Of a stretch of 64,000 nt of DNA, positions 52,701 to 64,000 are shown piece after piece. The translations under genes and the position numbers were made by a program. Under the pieces are notes generated by a model. It had not been told where the DNA came from and did no database searches. It was given only the letters and a program-made list of their open reading frames with translations. Source of the stretch: Eledone cirrhosa (lineage: Eukaryota); assembly GCA_964016885.1 (NCBI GenBank), contig OZ024748.1, positions 32,364,001-32,428,000 of the forward strand. The letters are read 5' to 3'. Position 1 is the first letter of the stretch. Each line of letters opens with the position of its first letter.

Positions 52701-55700
52701 GCTAAAAGTAATACTATACTTCTTAATTGGTTATATATTACACACTACTAAAAGTAATACTATACTTCTAAACTGGTTATATATTACACACTGCTAAAAG
52801 TAATACTATACTTCTAAACAGGTTATATATTACACACTGCTAAAAGTAATACTATAACTCTAAACTGGTTATATATTACACACTGCTAAAAGTAATACTA
52901 TACCTCTAAACTGGTTATATATTACACACTGCTAAAAGTAATACTATACTTCTAAACTCGTTATATATTACATGCTGCTAAATGTAATACTATTCTTCTA
53001 AACTGGTTATATATTACACACTGCTAAAGGTAATACTATACTTCTAAACTGGTTATATATTACGCACTGCTAAAAGTAATACTATACTTCTAAACTGGTT
53101 ATATACTACATGCTGCTAAAAGTAATACTATACTTCTAAACTGGTTATATACTACATGCTGCTAAAAGTAATACTATACTTCTAAACAGGTTATATATTA
53201 CGCACTGCTAAAAGTAATACTATACTTCAAAACTGGTTATATACTACATGCTTCTAAAAGTAATATAATACTTCTAAACTGGTTATATATTACATGCTTC
53301 TAAAAATAATACTATACTTCTAAACTGGTTATATATTACACACTGCTAAATGTAATACTATACTTCTAAACTGATTATATATTACACACTGTTAAAATTA
53401 ATACTATACTTCTAAACTGGATATATATTACGCACTGCTAAAATTAATACTATACTTCTAAACTGATTATTTATTACATGCCGCTAAAAGTAATACTATA
53501 CTTCTAAACTGGTTATATATTGCACACTGGTAAAAGTAATACTATACTTCTAAATTAGGTATATATTACACACTGCTAAAAGTAATACTATATCTCTAAA
53601 CTGGTTATATATTACACACTGCTAAAAGTAATTCTATACTTCTAAACTGGTTATATATTACACACTGCTAAAAGTAATACTATACCTCTAAACTGGTTAT
53701 ATATTACATGCTGCTAAAAATAATACTATACTTCTAAACTGGTTATATATTACACACTGCTAAATGTAATACTATACTTCTAAACTGATTATATATTACA
53801 CACTGTTAAAATTAATACTATACTTCTAAACTGGTTATATATTACACACTGCTAAAAGTAATACTATACCTCTAAACTGGTTATATATTACACACTGCTA
53901 AAATGAATACTATACTTCTAAACTGGTTATATATTACACGCTGCTAAAAGTAATACTATACTTCTTAATTGGTTATATATTACACACTACTAAAAGTAAT
54001 ACTATACTTCTAAACTGGTTATATATTACACACTGCTAAAAGTAATACTATACTTCTAAACTGGTTATATATTACGCACTGCTAAAAGTAATATTATACT
54101 TCTAGACTGATTATATATTAGATGCCGCTAAAAGTAATACCATACTTCTAAACTGGTTATATATTACATGCTGCTAAAAGTGGTACTATACTCCTAAACT
54201 GCTTATATACTACATGCTTCTAAAAGTAATATAATACTTCTAAACTGGTTATATATTACACACTGCTAAAAGTAATACTATACTACTAAACTGGTTATAT
54301 ATTGCACACTGCTAAAAGTAATACTATACCTCTAAACTGGTTATATATTACACACTACTAAAAGTAATACTATACTTCTAAACTGGTTATATATTACACA
54401 CTGCTAAAAGTAATACTTTACTACTAAACTGGTTATATATTGCACACTGCTAAAAGTAATACTATACTTCTAAACTGGTTATATATTACACACTGCTAAA
54501 AGTAATACTATACCTCTAAACTGGTTATATATTACATGCTGCTAAAAGTAATACTATACTTCTAGACTGGTTATATGTTACATACTGCTAAAGTAATACT
54601 ATACTTCTAGACTGGTTATATATTACATACTGCTAAAAGTAATACTATACTTCTAAACGGGTTATATACTACATGCTGCTAAAAGTAATACTATACTTCT
54701 AAACAGGTTATATATTACACACTGCTAAAAGTAATACTATACTTCTAAACTAGTTATATATTACACACTGCTAAATGTAATACTATACTTCTAAACTGGT
54801 TATATATTACACACTGCTAAAAGTAATACTATACTTCTTAATTGGTTATATATTACACACTACTAAAAGTAATACTATACTTCTAAACTGGTTATATATT
54901 ACACACTGCTAAAAGTAATACTATACTTCTAAACTGGTTATATATTACACATTGTTAAAAGTAATACTATACTTCTAAACTGGTTATATATTACACACTG
55001 GTAAAAGTAATACTATACTTCTAAATTAGGTATATCTTACACACTGCTAAAAGTAATACTATACTTCTAAACAGGTTATATATTACACACTGCTAAAAGT
55101 AATACTATAACTCTAAACTGGTTATATATTACAAACTGCTAAAAGTAATACTATACTTCTAAACTCGTTATATATTACATGCTGCTAAATGTAATACTAT
55201 TCTTCTAAACTGGTTATATATTACACACTGCTAAAGGTAATAATATACTTCTAAACTGGTTATATATTACACACTGCTAAAAGTAATACTATACCTCTAA
55301 ACTGGTTATATATTACATGCTGCTAAAAGTAATACTATACTTCTAAACTGGTTATATATTACACACTGCTAAAAGTAATACTATACTTCTTAATTGGTTA
55401 TATATTACACACTACTAAAAGTAATACTATACTTCTAAACTAGTTATATATTACACACTGCTAAATGTAATACTATACTTCTAAACTGGTTATATATTAC
55501 ACACTGCTAAAAGTAATACTATACTTCTTAATTGGTTATATATTACACACTACTAAAAGTAATACTATACTTCTAAACTGGTTATATATTACACACTGCT
55601 AAAAGTAATACTATACTTCTAAACAGGTTATATATTACACACTGCTAAAAGTAATACTATAACTCTAAACTGGTTATATATTACACACTGCTAAAAGTAA

Positions 55701-58700
55701 TACTATACCTCTAAACTGGTTATATATTACACACTGCTAAAAGTAATACTATACTTCTAAACTCGTTATATATTACATGCTGCTAAATGTAATACTATTC
55801 TTCTAAACTGGTTATATATTACACACTGCTAAAGGTAATAATATACTTCTAAACTGGTTATATATTACACACTGTTAAAAGTAATACTATACTTCTAAAC
55901 TGGTTATATATTACGCACTGCTAAAAGTAATACTATACTTCTAAACTGGTTATATACTACATGCTGCTAAAAGTAATACTATACTTCTAAACTGGTTATA
56001 TACTACATGCTGCTAAAAGTAATACTATACTTCTAAACTGGTTATATATTACACACTGCTAAATGTAATACTATACTTCTAAACTGATTATATATTACAC
56101 ACTGTTAAAATTAATACTATACTTCTAAACTGGATATATATTACGCACTGCTAAAATTAATACTATACTTCTAAACTGATTATTTATTACATGCCGCTAA
56201 AAGTAATACTATACTTCTAAACTGGTTATATATTGCACACTGGTAAAAGTAATACTATACTTCTAAATTAGGGATATATTACACACTGCTAAAAGTAATA
56301 CTATATCTCTAAACTGGTTATATATTACACACTGCTAAAAGTAATTCTATACTTCTAAACTGGTTATATATTACACACTGCTAAAAGTAATACTATACCT
56401 CTAAACTGGTTATATATTACATGCTGCTAAAAATAATACTATACTTCTAAACTGGTTATATATTACACACTGCTAAATGTAATACTATACTTCTAAACTG
56501 ATTATATATTACACACTGTTAAAATTAATACTATACTTCTAAACTGGTTTTTTATTACACACTGCTAACAGTAATACTATACCTCTAAACTGGTTATATA
56601 TTACACACTGCTAAAATTAATACTATACTTCTAAACTGGTTATATATTACACGCTGCTAAATGTAATACTATACTTCTTAATTGGTTATATATTACACAG
56701 TACTAAAAGTAATACTATACTTCTAAACTGGTTATATATTACACACTGCTAAAAGTAATACTATACTTCTAAACTGGTTATATATTACGCACTGCTAAAA
56801 GTAATATTATACTTCTAGACTGATTATATATTAGATGCCGCTAAAAGTAATACCATACTTCTAAACTGGTTATATATTACATGCTGCTAAATGTGGTACT
56901 ATACTCCTAAACTGCTTATATACTACATGCTTCTAAAAGTAATATAATACTTCTAAACTGGTTATATATTACACACTGCTAAAAGTAATACTATACTACT
57001 AAACTGGTTATATATTGCACACTGCTAAAAGTAATACTATACCTCTAAACTGGTTATATATTACACACTACTAAAAGTAATACTATACTTCTAAACTGGT
57101 TATATATTACACACTGCTAAATATAATACTATACTTCTAAACTGGTTATATATTACACACTGCTAAATGTAATACTATACTTCTAAACTGGTTATATATT
57201 ACAAACTGCTAAATGTAATACTATACTTCTAAACTGCTTATATACTACATGCTTCTAAAAGTAATATGATACTTCTAAACTGGTTATATATTACACACTG
57301 CTAAAAGTAATACTATACTTCTAAACTGGTTATATATTACAAACTGCTAAATGTAATACTATACTTCTAAACTGGTTATATATTACACACTGCTAAAAGT
57401 AATACTATACTTCTAAACTGGTTATATATTACGCACTGCTAAAAGTAATATTATACTTCTAGACTGATTATATATTAGATGCCGCTAAAAGTAATACCAT
57501 ACTTCTAAACTGGTTATATATTACATGCTGCTAAATGTGGTACTATACTCCTAAACTGCTTATATACTACATGCTTCTAAAAGTAATATAATACTTCTAA
57601 ACTGGTTATATATTACACACTGCTAAATATAATACTATACTTCTAAACTGGTTATATATTACACACTGCTAAATGTAATACTATACTTCTAAACACGTTA
57701 TATATTAAACACTACTAAAAGTAATACTATAACTCTAAACTGGTTATATATTACATGCTGCTAAAAATAATACTATATTCTAAACTGGTTATATATTACA
57801 CACTGCTAAATGTAATACTATACCTCTAAACTGGTTATATATTACACACTGCTAAAAGTAACACTATACTTCTAAACTGGTTGTATATTACATGCTGCTA
57901 AAAGTAATACTGTACTTCTAAATTAGGTATATATTACACACTGCTAAAAGAAATACTATACTTCTAAACACGTTATATATTAAACACTACTAAAAGTAAT
58001 ACTATAACTCTAAACTGGTTATATATTACAAACTGCTAAAAGTAATACTATACTTCTTAACTGGTTATATATTACACACTACTAAAAGTAATACTATACT
58101 TCTAAACTGGTTATATATTACATGCTGCTAAACGTAATACTATACTTATTAACTGGTTATATATTACAAACTGCTAAAAGTAATACTATACTTCTAAACT
58201 GCTTATATACTACATGCTTCTAAAAGTAATATAATACTTCTAAACTGGTTATATATTACACACTGCTAAAAGTAATACTATACTTCTAAACTGGTTATAT
58301 ATTACACACTGCTAAAAGTAATACTATACTTCTAAACTGGTTATATATTACACACTGCTAAATATAATACTATACTTCTAAACTGGTTATATATTACAGA
58401 CTGCTAAAAGTAATACTCTACCTCTAAACTGGTTATATATTACATGCTGCTAACAATAATACTATACTTCTAAACTGGTTATATATTACACACTGCTAAA
58501 TGTAATACTATACTTCTAAACTGATTATATATTACACACTGTTAAAATTAATACTATACTTCTAAACTGGTTATATATTACACACTGCTAAAAGTAATAC
58601 TATACCTCTAAACTGGTTATATATTACACACTGCTAAAATGAATACTATACTTCTAAACTGGTTATATATTACACACTGCTAAAAGTAATACTATACCTC

Positions 58701-61700
58701 TAAACTGGTTATATATTACATGCTGCTAAAAATAATACTATACTTCTAAACTGGTTATATATTACACACTGCTAAATGTAATACTATACTTCTAAACTGA
58801 TTATATATTACACACTGTTAAAATTAATACTATACTTCTAAACTGGTTATATATTACACGCTGCTAAAAGTAATACTATACTTCTTAATTGGTTATATAT
58901 TACACACTACTAAAAGTAATACTATACTTCTAAACTGGTTATATATTACACACTGCTAAAAGTAATACTATACTTCTAAACTGGTTATATATTACGCACT
59001 GCTAAAAGTAATATTATACACACTACTAAAAGTAATACTATACTTCTAAACTGGTTATATATTACACACTGCTAAATATAATACTATACTTCTAAACTGG
59101 TTATATATTACACGCTGCTAAATGTAATACTATACTTCTAAACTAGTTATATATTACAAACTGCTAAATGTAATACTATACTTCTAAACTGCTTATATAC
59201 TACATGCTTCTAAAAGTAATATGATACTTCTAAACTGGTTATATATTAGACACTGCTAAAAGTAATACTATACTTCTAAACTGGTTATATATTACACACT
59301 GCTAAAAGTAATACTATACTTCTAAACTGGTTATATATTACACACTGCTAAATATAATACTATACTTCTAAACTGGTTATATATTACAGACTGCTAAAAG
59401 TAATACTCTACCTCTAAACTGGTTATATATTACATGCTGCTAACAATAATACTATACTTCTAAACTGGTTATATATTACACACTGCTAAATGTAATACTA
59501 TACTTCTAAACTGATTATATATTACACACTGTTAAAATTAATACTATACTTCTAAACTGGTTATATATTACACACTGCTAAAAGTAATACTATACCTCTA
59601 AACTGGTTATATATTACACACTGCTAAAAGTAATACTATACTTCTAAACTAGTTATATATTACACGCTGCTAAAAGTAATACTATACTTCTTAATTGGTT
59701 ATATATTACACACTACTAAAAGTAATACTATACTTCTAAACTGGTTATATATTACACACTGCTAAAAGAAATACTATACTTCTAAACTGGTTATATATTA
59801 CACATTGTTAAAAGTAATACTATACTTCTAAACTGGTTATATATTACACACTGGTAAAAGTAATACTATACTTCTAAATTAGGTATATCTTACACACTGC
59901 TAAAAGGAATACTATACTTCTAAACAGGTTATATATTACACACTGCTGAAAGTAATACTATAACTCTAAAATGGTTATATATTACACACTGCTAAAAGTA
60001 ATACTATACCTCTAAACTGGTTATATATTACACACTGCTAAAAGTAATACTATACTTCTAAACTCGTTATATATTACATGCTGCTAAATGTAATACTATT
60101 CTTCTAAACTGGTTATATATTACACACTGCTAAAGGTAATAATATACTTCTAAACTGGTTATATATTACACACTGTTAAAAGTAATACTATACTTCTAAA
60201 CTGGTTATATATTACGCACTGCTAAAAGTAATACTATACTTCTAAACTGGTTATATACTACATGCTGTAAAAGTAATACTATACTTCTAAACTGGTTATA
60301 TACTACATGCGGCTAAAAGTAATACTATACTTCTAAACAGGTTATATATTACGCACTGCTAAAAGTAATACTATACTTCAAAACTGGTTATATACTACAT
60401 GCTTCTAAAAGTAATATAATACTTCTAAACTGGTTATATATTACATGCTGCTAAAAATAATACTATACTTCTAAACTGGTTATATATTACACACTGCTAA
60501 ATGTAATACTATACTTCTAAACTGATTATATATTACACACTGTTAAAATTAATACTATACTTCTAAACTGGTTATATATTACGCACTGCTAAAATTAATA
60601 CTATACTTCTAAACTGATTATTTATTACATGCCGCTAAAAGTAATACTATACTTCTAAACTGGTTATATATTGCACACTGGTAAAAGTAATACTATACTT
60701 CTAAATTAGGTATATATTACACACTGCTAAAAGTAATACTATATCTCTAAACTGGTTATATATTACACACTGCTAAAAGTAATTCTATACTTCTAAACTG
60801 GTTATATATTACACACTGCTAAAAGTAATACTATACCTCTAAACTGGTTATATATTACATGCTGCTAAAAATAATACTATACTTCTAAACTGGTTATATA
60901 TTACACACTGCTAAATGTAATACTATACTTCTAAACTGATTATATATTACACACTGTTAAAATTAATACTATACTTCTAAACTGGTTATATATTACACAC
61001 TGCTAAAAGTAATACTATACCTCTAAACTGGTTATATATTACACACTGCTAAAATGAATACTATACTTCTAAACTGGTTATATATTACACGCTGCTAAAA
61101 GTAATACTATACTTCTTAATTGGTTATATATTACACACTACTAAAAGTAATACTATACTTCTAAACTGGTTATATATTACACACTGCTAAAAGTAATACT
61201 ATACTTCTAAACTGGTTATATATTACGTACTGCTAAAAGTAATATTATACTTCTAGACTGATTATATATTAGATGCCGCTAAAAGTAATACCATACTTCT
61301 AAACTGGTTATATATTACATGCTGCTAAAAGTGGTACTATACTCCTAAACTTCTTATATACTACATGCTTCTAAAAGTTATATAATACTTCTAAACTGGT
61401 TATATATTACACACTGCTAAAAGTAATACTATACTACTAAACTGGTTATATATTGCACACTGCTAAAAGTAATACTATACCTCTAAACTGGTTATATATT
61501 ACACACTACTAAAAGTAATACTATACTTCTAAACTGGTTATATATTACACACTGCTAAAAGTAATACTTTACTACTAAACTGGTTATATATTGCACGCTG
61601 CTAAAAGTAATACTATACTTCTAAACTGGTTATATATTACACACTGCTAAAAGTAATACTATACCTCTAAACTGGTTATATATTACATGCTGCTAAAAGT

Positions 61701-64000
61701 AATACTATACTTCTAGACTGGTTATATGTTACATACTGCTAAAGTAATACTATACTTCTTGACTGGTTATATATTACATATTGCTAAAAGTAATACTATA
61801 CTTCTAAACGGGTTATATACTACATGCTGCTAAAAGTAATACTATACTTCTAAACTGGTTATATATTACACACTGCTAAAAGTAATACTATACTTCTAAA
61901 CTAGTTATATATTACACACTGCTAAATGTAATACTATACTTCTAAACTGGTTATATATTACACACTGCTAAAAGTAATACTATACTTCTAAACTGGTTAT
62001 ATATTACACATTGTTAAAAGTAATACTATACTTCTAAACTGGTTATATATTACACACTGGTAAAAGTAATACTATACTTCTAAATTAGGTATATCTTACA
62101 CACTGCTAAAAGGAATACTATACTTCTAAACAGGTTATATATTACACACTGCTAAAAGTAATACTATAACTCTAAACTGGTTATATATTACACACTGCTA
62201 AAAGTAATACTATACCTCTAAACTGGTTATATATTACACACTGCTAAAAGTAATACTATACTTCTAAACTCGTTATATATTACATGCTGCTAAATGTAAT
62301 ACTATTCTTCTAATCTGGTTATATATTACACACTGCTAAAGGTAATAATATACTTCTAAACTGGTTATATATTACACACTGTTAAAAGTAATACTATACT
62401 TCTAAACTGGTTATATATTACGCACTGCTAAAAGTAATACTATACTTCTAAACTGGTTATATACTACATGCTGCCAAAAGTAATACTATACTTCTAAACT
62501 GGTTATATACTACATGCTGCTAAAAGTAATACTATACTTCTAAACAGGTTATATATTACGCACTGCTAAAAGTAATACTATACTTCAAAACTGGTTATAT
62601 ACTACATGCTTCTAAAAGTAATATAATACTTCTAAACTGGTTATATATTACATGCTGCTAAAAATAATACTATACTTCTAAACTGGTTATATATTACACA
62701 CTGCTAAATGTAATACTATACTTCTAAACTGATTATATATTACACACTGTTAAAATTAATACTATACTTCTAAACTGGATATATATTACGCACTGCTAAA
62801 ATTAATACTATACTTCTAAACTGATTATTTATTACATGCCGCTAAAAGTAATACTATACTTCTAAACTGGTTATATATTGCACACTGGTAAAAGTAATAC
62901 TATACTTCTAAATTAGGTATATATTACACACTGCTAAAAGTAATACTATATCTCTAAACTGGTTATATATTACACACTGCTAAAAGTAATTCTATACTTC
63001 TAAACTGGTTATATATTACACACTGCTAAAAGTAATACTATACCTCTAAACTGGTTATATATTACATGCTGCTAAAAATAATACTATACTTCTAAACTGG
63101 TTATATATTACACACTGCTAAATGTAATACTATATTTCTAAACTGATTATATATTAGACACTGTTAAAATTAATACTATACTTCTAAACTGGTTATATAT
63201 TACACACTGCTAAAAGTAATACTATACCTCTAAACTGGTTATATATTACACACTGCTAAAATTAATACTATACTTCTAAACTGGTTATATATTACACGCT
63301 GCTAAAAGTAATACTATACTTCTTAATTGGTTATATATTACACACTACTAAAAGTAATACTATACTTCTAAACTGGTTATATATTACACACTGCTAAAAG
63401 TAATACTATACTTCTAAACTGGTTATATATTACGCACTGCTAAAAGTAATATTATACTTCTAGACTGATTATATATTAGATGCCGCTAAAAGTAATACCA
63501 TACTTCTAAACTGGTTATATATTACATGCTGCTAAAAGTGGTACTATACTCCTAAACTGCTTATATACTACATGCTTCTAAAAGTAATATAATACTTCTA
63601 AACTGGTCATATATTACACACTGCTAAAAGTAATACTATACTACTAAACTGGTTATATATTGCACACTGCTAAAAGTAATACAATACCTCTAAACTGGTT
63701 ATATATTACACACTACTAAAAGTAATACTATACTTCTAAACTGGTTATATATTACACACTGCTAAAAGTAATACTTTACTACTAAACTGGTTATATATTG
63801 CACACTGCTAAAAGTAATACTATACTTCTAAACTGGTTATATATTACACACTGCTAAAAGTAATACTATACCTCTAAACTGGTTATATATTACATGCTGC
63901 TAAAAGTAATACTATACTTCTAGACTGGTTATATGTTACATACTGCTAAAAGTAATACTATACTTCTAGACTGGTTATATATTACATACTGCTAAAAGTA
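37737..64000. repeat. 46-bp AT-rich satellite array, ~570 monomers, extending beyond the window
   Basis: Consensus GGTTATATATTACACACTGCTAAAAGTAATACTATACTTCTAAACT with a period of 46 (e.g. GCTAAAAGTA at 37801 and 37847). Single orientation, and no insertions seen. Confidence 0.98.

Noticed and set aside
37737-64000. CRISPR-like array (repeat with dyad plus variable segment)
   Set aside because: The monomers are contiguous, the variable part is only point variants of one sequence, there are no unique spacers or cas genes, and the context is eukaryotic.

Overview
AT-rich eukaryotic (metazoan) repeat-dense DNA. The tRNA-derived SINEs, RTE-type LINE fragments, (TA)n tracts and C2H2 zinc-finger style resemble a coleoid cephalopod (octopus) genome; this is an inference, not a database result. 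The left 37.7 kb contains one probably functional 8-finger C2H2-ZNF gene (16432-17241) and a second, disrupted ZNF paralog. It also holds an inverted copy of the ZNF 5' region, two near-full-length Ty3/Gypsy elements with CsRn1-clade hallmarks (CHCC Gag knuckle, tRNA-Trp PBS), a non-coding LTR element and a related solo LTR (each with a 4-bp TSD), many decayed LINEs, SINEs and MITEs, a Helitron-like end, and an unclassified ~440-bp unit present both as a tandem array and as a foldback. The right 26.3 kb (about 37737 to the window end) is an uninterrupted 46-bp satellite (~570 monomers) with multi-level higher-order repeats (27-, 31-, 48-, 59-, 61- and 96-mers). I found no rRNA, true tRNA, CRISPR or prokaryotic features. 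Coordinates were read by eye and may be off by a few bases.
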